A stretch of DNA of 64,000 bases from an uncultured Syntrophales bacterium (GCA_964454305.1 CAYVXX010000002.1:11719-75718), one strand, 5' to 3'. Positions 29,441 to 38,619 are shown, counted from the stretch's first letter. Numbers and translations are program-made. The notes: generated by a model not told the origin, from the sequence alone.

Positions 29441-30454
29441 CTAACTATTACTTAACTCAACCAGGGCCTGCAGCTTCTTTACGGCAGCTCCACTATCTAT
29501 ACAATCTGCGGCAATATCAATCCCTTCCCTGATATTTTCCGCCTTTCCTCCTGCCATGATTGCGAGCGCTGCGTTAAGAAGAACGATCCTTCGGCAGACC
29601 CCTTCTTTCCCCGTCAGAACACCTTTCGTAATCTCTGCATTGACCAATGCATCCCCTCCTATAAGCTCCTGTCCATCGGATATTTCACCAAAAAAATCTG
29701 TCGGATTGATATTGTAGGTTGTAATCAGTCCGTCATTTAATTCTGAAACCCTCGTCTCTCCGACGACGGTGGCCTCATCAAGACCGTCTGATCCGTGAAC
29801 TATAAAAGCTCTTTTTGCGCCCAGATTTTTCAGGACACCGGCAAACATCTCCGTCAATCTTGGGTCGTAAACTCCTATAAGCTGAGAGGTTGCTCCCGCG
29901 GGATTCGTAAGTGGTCCTAACATGTTGAATATCGTCCTGATGCCGATTTCCCTCCTCGGGCCTATGGCATATTTCATGGCACCATGAAGCCTGGGGGCAA
30001 AGAGAAAGCCAATTCCTATCTGCTGAATGCATTCTTCCACTATCTCCTGCCCGGCATCAATGTTTACACCGACGGCCTCCAGGACATCGGCGCTTCCACA
30101 ACTGCTTGACACGGCACGGTTCCCATGTTTGGCCACCGTCAAACCGGCCGCTGCTACAACAAAGGCCGCAGTTGTAGAAATATTGAATGTGTTCATGCCA
30201 TCGCCACCGGTACCACAGGTGTCAACTATGACCGACGAAAGGGCATTGATTCTTGTGGCCTTGCGCCTCATGATACGGGCTGCACCGGTTACCTCATCAA
30301 CAGTCTCCCCCTTGACTCTCAGTGCCGTTATGAAAGCTCCAATCTGGGCGGGGGTAGCTTCCCCTTCCATAATAATATTCATAACTTCCATCATCTCGGA
30401 CTCGCTCAGATCAATACCGCCGACAATCTTTCCAATCGCTTTCTTAACCATCAC
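29441..30454 (-). CDS. trpD: Anthranilate phosphoribosyltransferase
   Basis: Motifs DTCGTGGDG and KHGNRA. Confidence 0.9.
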   Translation of the reverse strand: MMVKKAIGKIVGGIDLSESEMMEVMNIIMEGEATPAQIGAFITALRVKGETVDEVTGAARIMRRKATRINALSSVIVDTCGTGGDGMNTFNISTTAAFVVAAAGLTVAKHGNRAVSSSCGSADVLEAVGVNIDAGQEIVEECIQQIGIGFLFAPRLHGAMKYAIGPRREIGIRTIFNMLGPLTNPAGATSQLIGVYDPRLTEMFAGVLKNLGAKRAFIVHGSDGLDEATVVGETRVSELNDGLITTYNINPTDFFGEISDGQELIGGDALVNAEITKGVLTGKEGVCRRIVLLNAALAIMAGGKAENIREGIDIAADCIDSGAAVKKLQALVELSNS

Positions 30455-30486
30455 TTAACTCCTTTTCCTTAACAGGGACAGCGCCC

Positions 30487-31056
30487 TTAATTTATCAATC
30501 CTAAAAAATTCTTAATTATTCGTTTCCCGTTTGGTGTAAGTACCGACTCAGGATGAAACTGTATCCCTTCTACCGGATATTCACGATGCCTTACACCCAT
30601 GATCTCCCCTTCTTCCGTCCGGGCGCTTATTTCCAGACAGGACGGAAGTGAATCCCTTTTCAGTATTAGAGAATGATAACGGCCCGCAACAAAGGGATTT
30701 GGGAGTCCATCAAAGACCGTTCGTCCGTCGTTGATTATATCAGATGTCTTTCCGTGCATTATCCTGTCGGCCCTTACCACATCGGCGCCAAAGGCAAATC
30801 CTATTGCCTGATGCCCCAAACAAACCCCCAAAACAGGAATTGTTTTGTAAAAGTGCCTGATTACATCGACCGAGATCCCTGCCTCCCTGGGAGTACAGGG
30901 ACCCGGCGACAGTATTATGGCGTTCATACCTAATCCCTTTATTTCTTCGATTGATATCGCATCATTCCGGTAGACCACGACATCCTCACCCATCTGACCT
31001 ACATACTGCACTAGGTTGTAGGTAAATGAATCGTAATTATCGATCACCAAAATCAT
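30487..31056 (-). CDS. trpG: Anthranilate synthase component II (glutamine amidotransferase)
   Basis: Motifs GVCLGHQ and GIQFHPES. Confidence 0.9.
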   Translation of the reverse strand: MILVIDNYDSFTYNLVQYVGQMGEDVVVYRNDAISIEEIKGLGMNAIILSPGPCTPREAGISVDVIRHFYKTIPVLGVCLGHQAIGFAFGADVVRADRIMHGKTSDIINDGRTVFDGLPNPFVAGRYHSLILKRDSLPSCLEISARTEEGEIMGVRHREYPVEGIQFHPESVLTPNGKRIIKNFLGLIN

Positions 31057-31101
31057 CTTTTCCTCCCTTATGAAAGCTTCCTTATTTTCGGAACACCATG
31101 C

Positions 31102-32601
31102 CTAATCAATATCATCCATTATTTCAAATCCCGAGGCTGCGATTCTTATAGCCTTAATCATTCCTTCTGCCTTATTAATAGTTTCCTGATACTCGGCTTC
31201 CGGAACGGAATCCGCTACAATTCCCGCACCCACCTGGACAAAAGTCTTTCCGTCGTGAACCATGATAGTCCTTATGGTAATGCAAAAATCCATGTTCCCC
31301 GTATAGCTGAAATAACCGACAGCCCCGCCGTACGGACCCCTTACGGAAGGCTCCAGTTCATCAATAATCTCCATTGCCCTGATCTTCGGCGCACCGGTGA
31401 GTGTACCCGCAGGAAAGGTTGCCTCCAGAACATCAAAGCAGTCTTTATCTTCGGATAATTGGGCCTGGATATTGGAGACAAGATGCATAACATGGGAATA
31501 CCTCTCTACTACCATAAGCTGATTGACCTGAACGCTCCCTATTTGGGCAATTCTTCCCAGATCGTTTCTTCCCAGATCGACCAGCATGATATGCTCCGCT
31601 CTCTCCTTGGGATCGTTCAGAAGTTCGTCTGCAAGTTTTCTGTCCTCCTTTTCGCTACTGCCTCTTCTCCTCGTTCCGGCGATGGGCCTCAATTCCGCTG
31701 ACTTCTCTTCAAGACGAACCATCACTTCAGGAGAAGAACCTATGAGGATGAGGTCTTCAAGTTTCAGAAAAAAGAGATATGGCGAAGGATTAACGTAACG
31801 AAGTGCCCGGTATAAATCGATGGGGGCAATACGATTTTCCATTTGAAATCGCTGTGAGAGAACAATCTGAATCGCATCGCCTGAAACAATATACTCCTTG
31901 GCCCTCCTGACGACCGTTTTATAAGCTTCCGGCGTCATGTTGGATTGAAGATGAAAGGTTTCACCCCCTTTGTGAAATGTTTCTCTCCCTTCCATTGGGG
32001 CATTCAGCATCTCTATCAAGGTATCTATTTTTCGGATAGCCTCTTTGTAAACATCCTTCAGATCATCTCTGCCTTCGGTGAAGGCACATGCCACAACCTT
32101 TATAGTATGTTTGACATTGTCAAAGATAATCAGTGTGTCGGTAATGAGAAAGATGGCTTCGTCCGTTCTTAGATCATCTACGGCCTCTGCCGGCAGTTTT
32201 TCAAAATAGCGCACCATCTCATAGCCGAGAAAACCCACGGCCCCGCCGTAAAACCGTGGAAGACCATCAACATGAACGGGACGGTATCTTCCCATCAAAT
32301 CCTTTAGAAACTTGAGGGGTCTTCCCTCATGCTTGTGAAAACGGTTCTCTCCATTTTCCCGGATAACAACATCTTCTTTCCTGACACTAAAAATAACATC
32401 CGGATCCGACCCCAGGAATGTGTATCTCCCCCATTTTTCACCCCCTTCCACACTCTCCAGAAGGAAGGCATATGTCTTTGAACTTAATTTCAACAGCGCC
32501 GACACAGGGGTCTCCATGTCAGCCATGATTTCCCTGTAAACGGGGATCAGATTTCCCTCATTTGTCAGTTTTTTGAATCCTTCAAATTGTGGATAGTACA
32601 T
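31102..32601 (-). CDS. trpE: Anthranilate synthase component I
   Basis: Motifs LLESVEGGEKWGRY and GTLTGAPKIRAMEII. Confidence 0.9.
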   Translation of the reverse strand: MYYPQFEGFKKLTNEGNLIPVYREIMADMETPVSALLKLSSKTYAFLLESVEGGEKWGRYTFLGSDPDVIFSVRKEDVVIRENGENRFHKHEGRPLKFLKDLMGRYRPVHVDGLPRFYGGAVGFLGYEMVRYFEKLPAEAVDDLRTDEAIFLITDTLIIFDNVKHTIKVVACAFTEGRDDLKDVYKEAIRKIDTLIEMLNAPMEGRETFHKGGETFHLQSNMTPEAYKTVVRRAKEYIVSGDAIQIVLSQRFQMENRIAPIDLYRALRYVNPSPYLFFLKLEDLILIGSSPEVMVRLEEKSAELRPIAGTRRRGSSEKEDRKLADELLNDPKERAEHIMLVDLGRNDLGRIAQIGSVQVNQLMVVERYSHVMHLVSNIQAQLSEDKDCFDVLEATFPAGTLTGAPKIRAMEIIDELEPSVRGPYGGAVGYFSYTGNMDFCITIRTIMVHDGKTFVQVGAGIVADSVPEAEYQETINKAEGMIKAIRIAASGFEIMDDID

Positions 32602-32625
32602 AATTGAAAAATCCTCTTCGAACGT

Positions 32626-32736
32626 GAAGCTCCCCGCCCACAGGGCGGGGCTTCCCGGTAAGGAATATGTTTGTTTTATATTGCGCCCCTTACCCCCCTA
32701 CAAGGCGGGGCTTGCGGGTGCGCTCCCGGTCAAAGT
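32626..32736. repeat. Family-B-related element (diverged copy) in the trpE 5' leader
   Basis: GAAGCTCCCCGCCCACAGGGCGGGGCTTCC ... CCCCCTACAAGGCGGGGCTTGCGGGTGCGCTCCC shares the GAAGCTCCCCGC..GCGGGG hairpin module with 34008, 41621 and 53702. Confidence 0.6.
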
Positions 32737-32751
32737 ATGGGTCTGTCGAAC

Positions 32752-32781
32752 AAAAAAAGGGCCGTTAATAATTACGGCCCC
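32752..32781 (-). terminator. Second intrinsic-terminator-like hairpin in the trp leader
   Basis: Minus strand GGGCCGUAAUUAUUAACGGCCC followed by UUUUUUU. Confidence 0.6.
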
Positions 32782-32789
32782 TTTCCTTA

Positions 32790-32833
32790 AAACAAAAAAG
32801 CCGTGGAGTGTGCTGAAGAGCTCTTCCACGGCT
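32790..32833 (-). terminator. trp attenuator terminator (segments 3:4)
   Basis: Minus strand AGCCGUGGA-AGAGCUCUUCAGCACAC-UCCACGGCU followed by UUUUUU. It begins 24 nt after the leader peptide stop. Confidence 0.7.
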
Positions 32834-32856
32834 AACTTTCTTTGTCAGTATTTATT

Positions 32857-32934
32857 TTACACTTGAAGCGGTGGACGAACCTCTGTCTTTGTATACCACC
32901 ACCAGTTATTTCCCAATAACAGACTTCTTCTCAT
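32857..32934 (-). CDS. trpL: trp operon leader peptide (25 aa, three consecutive Trp codons)
   Basis: My translation of the minus strand: ATG AGA AGA AGT CTG TTA TTG GGA AAT AAC TGG TGG TGG TAT ACA AAG ACA GAG GTT CGT CCA CCG CTT CAA GTG TAA = MRRSLLLGNNWWWYTKTEVRPPLQV. GAGGA lies 7 nt upstream. It is below the track's size cutoff. Confidence 0.7.
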   Translation of the reverse strand: MRRSLLLGNNWWWYTKTEVRPPLQV

Positions 32935-32967
32935 AATCTGACGTCCTCAAAAGTTAAATTCAGGAGT

Positions 32968-32996
32968 TTTATACCAGCGTTTTATACCCGTGTCAA
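32968..32996 (-). promoter_or_regulatory. Sigma-70-type promoter for the trp leader/operon
   Basis: Minus strand TTGACA (32996-32991), 17 nt spacer, TATAAA (32973-32968). It lies about 35 nt upstream of the leader ATG. Confidence 0.55.
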
Positions 32997-33131
32997 TATT
33001 TTTTTGCTGCTCTGTAATCCTTGACATTGCTCAATTTTTCTGTGATAAGCGAAAGACATTTGAATCCTGCTGGAATAGTGTTTTAAAAGTAGGTCACACT
33101 TTTTTGTAAACTGTTAATTCCAGATTTTGCT

Positions 33132-33965
33132 ATGTCAGACACCGGAAAAAAATCGATTCTCTGCCCCAATTGCAGGAAACTTATCAGCTCGGATGAAGCT
33201 TCCTGTCCCTACTGCGGAATAAACAGACCTGGTTCCCTGCTGAAAAGAATCTCCTTCAAGAAACCGAAGGATGTTATCAAGGTTATTATTTACTGTAATA
33301 TTGCCATCTTCATTTTTTCCCTTATATTAACTCCCCTCAACCTCGGTTCTCCGGCAAATCCACTGACGTTTTTATCCCCTTCCAACAACAGCCTGCTCCT
33401 TTTAGGCGCTACGGGCACCATTCCAATCGAAAGGTTCGGCCGCTGGTGGACACTTCTATCGGCTTCTTTTATCCATGGCGGCATACTTCACATCTTCTTT
33501 AATATGTTCGCTTTGTGGCAGCTGGGACCTTTCGTACTCCAGGAATACGGGTTCAACCGCTTTGCAATTATCTACCTGCTCAGCGGGATTCTCGGGTTTT
33601 ACATGTCCTACCTGGCCGGCGTCCTCCTCACCATAGGAGCATCCGCCAGCATCTGCGGACTGATCGGTGCTATCCTATATTACGGTAAAAGCCGTGGAGG
33701 ACTTTACGGAGAGACGATCTATAGACAGGCCATGGGATGGGTAATAGGTCTGGTACTCTTCGGCCTTATGGTTCCGGGAATCAATAACTGGGCTCATGGA
33801 GGAGGACTTGTCGCGGGTATGCTGATCGGTCTGATCTTAGGATACAATGAGAGAAAAAGCGAAAACTTTTTTCATCGAATCGTGGCAAGCGGTTTTATTT
33901 TACTGACCATTATCGTCCTGCTCTTTGCTATCGTGCAAGCCATTTACTATCGATTCTCTGTCTGA
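33132..33965 (+). CDS. Rhomboid family intramembrane serine protease with N-terminal zinc ribbon
   Basis: CPNC...CPYC zinc ribbon, catalytic GASASICG (GxSxxxxG) and AHGGGLVAG (His). Confidence 0.8.
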   Translation: MSDTGKKSILCPNCRKLISSDEASCPYCGINRPGSLLKRISFKKPKDVIKVIIYCNIAIFIFSLILTPLNLGSPANPLTFLSPSNNSLLLLGATGTIPIERFGRWWTLLSASFIHGGILHIFFNMFALWQLGPFVLQEYGFNRFAIIYLLSGILGFYMSYLAGVLLTIGASASICGLIGAILYYGKSRGGLYGETIYRQAMGWVIGLVLFGLMVPGINNWAHGGGLVAGMLIGLILGYNERKSENFFHRIVASGFILLTIIVLLFAIVQAIYYRFSV

Positions 33966-34007
33966 TTACCAACTCTTCGTAAAATAAGCATGGTTATCTA
34001 AAACATT

Positions 34008-34210
34008 GAAGCTCCCCGCAACAAGTTGCGGGGAATCTCCGACTGTTTAGTAAGATAGAAATTATTTTCTGCCAGAAAATAATTTCGTTAACGCATTTAT
34101 CCCCTTTAGTGGGACTTATCCCGTTTATCGGGGTAAGGAAAATAGTTGTTTTTATTCGCTCGCTAACCCCGCCGCAAGCAGCGGGGAATGCGCTCGCTGT
34201 TCAGTTCAAC
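34008..34210. repeat. Family-B modular intergenic element, longest copy (modules 1+2+3)
   Basis: GAAGCTCCCCGCAACAAGTTGCGGGGAATCTCCGACTGT | TTAGTAAG...CGTTAACGCATTTATCCCCTTTAGTGGGACTTATCCCGTTTATCGGGGTAAGGAAAAT | ...ATTCGCTCGCTAACCCCGCCGCAAGCAGCGGGGAATGCGCTCGCTGTTCAGTTCAA. A 57-nt block is identical to one in 41621-41791. Confidence 0.85.
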
Positions 34211-34216
34211 TCTGAT

Positions 34217-36151
34217 CTATCCCGACGGCTTTGGGGATTGTCGTCTGCCAGCCAGTTTCTGGCTCAGATAGATGCTGCCAAAGATCAGAAATCCCACAAT
34301 CCTGAAAGTTGTATTTGGCCATAGCAACCCCAGTGAGGCAAGACCTACCAAACTCCTTTCCCAGAAGAACAACCCGCGTAGACAGTACCCTTCCATGGCA
34401 ACCGTGAAGGCTAAGAGCCCCAGGGTGGCACTAACCGCGGTTATGAGCACCTCGTAGACGGGTCCTTCAAAAAGGATAGGGGTGTAGGCGAAAAGGAAAG
34501 GAATGATGTAAAGTCCCTTGGCCAGCTTCCAGGCGGCTAAGCCGGTCTGCATGGGATTTGATCCTGCAATCCCCGCAGCGGAATAGGCTGCCAGGCAAAC
34601 CGGGGGGGTGACGTTAGCATCCTGGCTATACCAGAAGATGATCATATGGGCGGCCAGTAAAGAGATCCCCATCTGTTGTAATGCCGGACCGGCCAGCACG
34701 GCCAGAAAGATATAGGAAGCAGTTACCGGCAGTCCCATTCCAAGGACGAGTGAGGCCAGCATCACCAGTATGATGGCCAAGAATAGGTGGCCTCCGGAAA
34801 GATCGATGATCATTCCTGAGAAGGTAACCCCTACACCGGTGATCCCCACGATTCCAATGATGGTCCCTGCGCAGATAAGGATGGCTGCAGTGGAAACGCT
34901 GTTTCTCGCCCCTAAATAGAGGGCATCCAGGATATCCCTCAACGTCATGCGGGTCTCCTTACGAAACCAGCTCACTACCACGATAGCAAAGATCCCTATA
35001 CAAGCGGCATATGTGGGAGTAAACCCCCTGACCAGTAGCAGGAGCAACAATACAACCGGAATAAGGAAAATGGAGCCTTCTCTCAAAACCTTTTTCAGGT
35101 CGGGTATCTCCTCTTTGCTCATGGGTTTCATTCCCAGTTTAAGGGCCTCAATATGGACAAAAAACCCCACGGAGAGAAAATACATAATCGCCGGAATGGT
35201 GGCCACGGCGATGATATGCAGATAGGGGATTCCGGTCCACTGTGACATAATGAAGGCGCCGGCCCCCATAATGGGTGGCATTAACTGTCCCCCGGTGGAT
35301 GCTGCCGCCTCCACACCTGCAGCAAAATGAGGCCGGTATCCTGTCCTCTTCATCAGGGGGATGGTAAACGAGCCGGTGGCCACGGTATTGGCTACCGCAC
35401 TCCCCGAAATCGATCCCATAAAGCCGCTGGCGATCACAGCGATCTTGGCGGGACCACCAACCATACGGCCGGTCAGAGCCTGGGCCAACTTGATGATGAA
35501 ATCTCCAGCCCCGGACTTCAACAAAAATGCGCCGAAGAGGATAAACAGGTATACATAGGTAGAGGAGACGGTACAGACTATACCGAACATTCCCTCATCG
35601 GTCAGGTACATGCGATAAAGCAGCCTTCCCAGAGCTACCCCGCGATAGTGAAAGGCGCCGGGAATCAATTTACCGAGAAAGAGCGCATAAGCGAAGAAGA
35701 CAATAGAGAGGACGGGAATAATCCATCCAGCAGCTCTCTGGGTACCAATTAGGAGAATTATAATGGCGATAGCTGCAAAGATGTAGTCTCGCATGATGGG
35801 GATAGAGGCCCTATCCAGGTGGAGCTCCTCTTCAAAGAAAAGGATATATAAGACCACAGCCGTTGCCAGCAAAATGAAGAAAAGATCAATGCCGAAACCC
35901 TTCTGAGGTTTCTTTTTGAACATGGGATAGAAAAAGAAGGCCAAAACCATGATGAATCCGAGGTGAACCGCGTTGCGATATATCGCCGGCATCACCCCGA
36001 TGGTGTTCACCCAGATATGAAAGAGAGAAGCAGCAATCCCTATAATATAAACAACCGATTGCCACCTTCCGGAAAGCTCCCGGAAGGAGGTGGTAACCTC
36101 ACCCCTATCCTCCAGCCCCTCGATCTCCTCTTTCTTCCTTTTTCCAGTCAA
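34217..36151 (-). CDS. TRAP transporter fused permease (TAXI-associated DctQM-type)
   Basis: 644 aa, polytopic, and adjacent to a TAXI binding protein. Confidence 0.8.
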   Translation of the reverse strand: MTGKRKKEEIEGLEDRGEVTTSFRELSGRWQSVVYIIGIAASLFHIWVNTIGVMPAIYRNAVHLGFIMVLAFFFYPMFKKKPQKGFGIDLFFILLATAVVLYILFFEEELHLDRASIPIMRDYIFAAIAIIILLIGTQRAAGWIIPVLSIVFFAYALFLGKLIPGAFHYRGVALGRLLYRMYLTDEGMFGIVCTVSSTYVYLFILFGAFLLKSGAGDFIIKLAQALTGRMVGGPAKIAVIASGFMGSISGSAVANTVATGSFTIPLMKRTGYRPHFAAGVEAAASTGGQLMPPIMGAGAFIMSQWTGIPYLHIIAVATIPAIMYFLSVGFFVHIEALKLGMKPMSKEEIPDLKKVLREGSIFLIPVVLLLLLLVRGFTPTYAACIGIFAIVVVSWFRKETRMTLRDILDALYLGARNSVSTAAILICAGTIIGIVGITGVGVTFSGMIIDLSGGHLFLAIILVMLASLVLGMGLPVTASYIFLAVLAGPALQQMGISLLAAHMIIFWYSQDANVTPPVCLAAYSAAGIAGSNPMQTGLAAWKLAKGLYIIPFLFAYTPILFEGPVYEVLITAVSATLGLLAFTVAMEGYCLRGLFFWERSLVGLASLGLLWPNTTFRIVGFLIFGSIYLSQKLAGRRQSPKPSG

Positions 36152-36217
36152 CAGGACCTCCTCGGGTAATAGGAAAAAAGTGGGTCATAGCCGATGGCCA
36201 TAACCCACTTTAACCTC

Positions 36218-37255
36218 CTAACGTGCCTCAGGTGGGATCAGGTTCCCGGGGATCTTTACCCCCTTCTCTTTATAGTATTTGTAGGCTCCTGGATGCAGCG
36301 GAGCGGGGAGTCCACTGAGAGCATTTTCTAATGTTATGAATCCCCCCATTTTGTGGACGGCCTTCATATAATCGGGGTTTTCAAAAAGAGTTTTGGTGAG
36401 GAGATAGATCACCTCCGTATCTACGTCAGCTCTTACCCCGAGGAAATTAGGCTGAGCAATGGTGCGCACTTCCTTGGTCTGTCCCGGATAGGTATTAGCC
36501 GGAATTATGTAGCGGTAACCGGGATAAGCGGTCTTTGCATTGATACTATTCAGCTGCTTGTCGGTAAACTCCAAGACCACGACCTCCATCCCTGGCGTGG
36601 CGGAGACATCGGTGACGGCGGCCACCGGAGGGCCGGCACATAGGTTGGCCCCACTAATTCTCCTGTCTTTCATAGCCTTGGCTGACTCAAAATATCCCAG
36701 ATACTCGGCTTCGATATCCGTCCTCTTCATCCCGAGTCCTTCCATAATGGTCAGTCCGGACCTCTCTGTGCCGCTTCCGGCTCTGCCTATGGAGAACCTG
36801 AGCCCTTTGATGTCGGATGCGGTACCCTCCTTTACCTTATTCTTCACGATTACAAAATGTTCCACATTGGGCCAGAGCATGGTGATGGTGCGTAACTCCT
36901 TGTCGGGTTTCCCCTTGTACATCCCGATGCCGTTCCATGCCATTTTGCCAAAGAGCCCCTGCAGTATAACAAGCTCCACCTCCTTGCCCTTGAGCATGTT
37001 GATATTCTCGCCTGACCCAGCGGATGTAATTGCCTGAACTTGAATACCATGTTTGTCAGCCAACCTGATAGACCACAGGGAGGCCATACCAACGCCAATA
37101 GGGTAGTAGGTCCCCCCGGTAGTAGCCGTAGCGATGATCAAGGAGGTTAGTTTCTTTTTCGCGGCTTGTGCCTCTACCCCGGTGAAGGTCATCATAAACA
37201 CAAAAACCCCCACGACTGTCAATGCTAAAAACACCCTTCCTTTTTTGGAAAACAT
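36218..37255 (-). CDS. TAXI family TRAP transporter solute-binding subunit
   Basis: Signal peptide plus motif ATTGGTYYPIGVGMA. Confidence 0.8.
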   Translation of the reverse strand: MFSKKGRVFLALTVVGVFVFMMTFTGVEAQAAKKKLTSLIIATATTGGTYYPIGVGMASLWSIRLADKHGIQVQAITSAGSGENINMLKGKEVELVILQGLFGKMAWNGIGMYKGKPDKELRTITMLWPNVEHFVIVKNKVKEGTASDIKGLRFSIGRAGSGTERSGLTIMEGLGMKRTDIEAEYLGYFESAKAMKDRRISGANLCAGPPVAAVTDVSATPGMEVVVLEFTDKQLNSINAKTAYPGYRYIIPANTYPGQTKEVRTIAQPNFLGVRADVDTEVIYLLTKTLFENPDYMKAVHKMGGFITLENALSGLPAPLHPGAYKYYKEKGVKIPGNLIPPEAR

Positions 37256-37388
37256 CTAAAATCCCTCCTTTCCCGACTTCTTTTGGGTTAAATGGTTTTT
37301 AACCTCTACGAATGAACAAACGAAATAATTCCCCTTACCACCTCCTTCCAAAAAAGTTGTCTTGTTTCAACACATTAATTATACAAAG

Positions 37389-37417
37389 ATATTACGAGAC
37401 CACTAAAACAGTGTCAA
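37389..37417 (-). promoter_or_regulatory. Sigma-70-type promoter for the TAXI-TRAP operon
   Basis: Minus strand TTGACA (37417-37412), 17 nt spacer, TAATAT (37394-37389). It lies about 130 nt upstream of the ATG at 37255. Confidence 0.5.
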
Positions 37418-37641
37418 GCAAATTTTCTTTTTATTGCTTTACCTCAATTGCAGGGTGAACGGCGTACTAACTCAGTGGAACTATCTATGGGCTTCAGCAC
37501 ATGAACATACGCTATCTTTTTCCTGAAATAGTTAGAATGGCTTACAAAAAACTTTTTACGAAGCCATTAATTTTAATTTTAGCTTCTTGATAGGAGTAAA
37601 CTATCAAGCCTTTAATTCCGGATTTTCTATGACTGTTTGGT

Positions 37642-37953
37642 TTAATTTTTTGTTAACTTTGTCTCTTTCTTTTTCTGCTTTGCCAGCGCCTTCAATGCTT
37701 TTTTATCCTGCTTCGCCTGTTGTTCGGCCTGCTCAGGAAACATCTCTTCCGTAATTTTCGGGAGATCTTTCTCGCCGGTGATCTCTATCTTCTCTCCCGG
37801 TCCTTCAGCCCTGGAGGGGACTCCCTTTTCCCCCGCCTTTAACCTTTCCATCATATGTTTGGCGAATGTTTTCCCGAACTGTCCGATGAAACCGGCTATC
37901 AGTACAATTAAAACCCATTTCATGATCCGCCAAATATCAATTCCATCCGTCAT
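37642..37953 (-). CDS. Small membrane protein with Lys/Glu-rich tail
   Basis: One TM segment (WVLIVLIAGFIGQFG) and a charged C-terminus. Its ATG overlaps the mobB stop (ATGA), which suggests translational coupling. Confidence 0.5.
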   Translation of the reverse strand: MTDGIDIWRIMKWVLIVLIAGFIGQFGKTFAKHMMERLKAGEKGVPSRAEGPGEKIEITGEKDLPKITEEMFPEQAEQQAKQDKKALKALAKQKKKETKLTKN

Positions 37954-38456
37954 AATTGCAAAAATCTCTCCTCTATAATATCAACCACTCCTGATATATC
38001 ATTAATGTCGAGGCATGGAACACCGATATCTAATCTTTGATTGCTGACTACGGCGATGAGGTTATCATCATTTGTACATAACAGTCCCTGCTTCATCTCC
38101 GTACGGTTGACTTCAATCTTGGGATATGGATTTCCCTTATAACCCTCAACCAAAATAACATCCACATCTTTAATGTATCTATTTTTAAGCTCGGCAATAC
38201 TATAATCTTTCTCTACATCTTCAATAAGAGCCACTCTCCGTGGTGATGCTATTACCGTAGTACGTGCACCTGCTCTTTTATGGCGCCAGCTGTCTTTCCC
38301 CTCGTGGTCTATGTCAAACCCGTGGATATTATGCTTGATGGTAGCCACCCGATAACCCCTCCTGTTTAATTCCGGGATCACTTTTTCTATCAGTGTGGTC
38401 TTGCCGGAATCCGATTTGCCCACAATTGACACGACGGGAATCATATTTTCCTCCAT
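37950..38456 (-). CDS. mobB: Molybdopterin-guanine dinucleotide biosynthesis adapter protein MobB
   Basis: P-loop GKSDSGKTTL and the KHNIHGFDIDHEGKDSWRH motif. Confidence 0.8.
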   Translation of the reverse strand: MEENMIPVVSIVGKSDSGKTTLIEKVIPELNRRGYRVATIKHNIHGFDIDHEGKDSWRHKRAGARTTVIASPRRVALIEDVEKDYSIAELKNRYIKDVDVILVEGYKGNPYPKIEVNRTEMKQGLLCTNDDNLIAVVSNQRLDIGVPCLDINDISGVVDIIEERFLQL

Positions 38457-38496
38457 ATTGTTGCCTTAAAACCTAACACATCTAATCTTGATGCAT

Positions 38497-38614
38497 TCGT
38501 AAAAAGTCATAAACTGCACCATTTGTCATGCTGAACTTGTTTCAGCATCTAATTATTTCAGTAAGTTAGAGACCCTGAAATAAATTCAGGGTGACAAAAA
38601 AAGACTTTTTACGA
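38497..38614. repeat. Family-C element (TCGTAAAAAGTC ... GACTTTTTACGA) with two internal hairpins
   Basis: Arms at 38497-38508 and 38602-38614. Internal hairpins are ATGCTGAACTTGTTTCAGCAT and ACCCTGAAATAAATTCAGGGT. It sits in the DUF364-mobB spacer. Confidence 0.75.
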
Positions 38615-38619
38615 GACTG

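Noticed and set aside
32624-32866. An 80-aa + strand ORF in the trp leader region.
   Set aside because: It spans a repeat copy and both terminator hairpins, on the strand opposite to the trp operon. The region is better explained as leader/attenuator RNA.
33019-33049. A shared 13-nt promoter-like string CTTGACATTGCTC (followed by AATTT) at 33019 upstream of the rhomboid gene and at 39645 upstream of the oadG-like gene. It might be a common operator.
   Set aside because: With about 1.3e5 positions on two strands, dozens of chance 13-mer matches are expected in a 64-kb window. Half the match is simply a consensus -35 box. It is noted only as two plausible TTGACA promoters.
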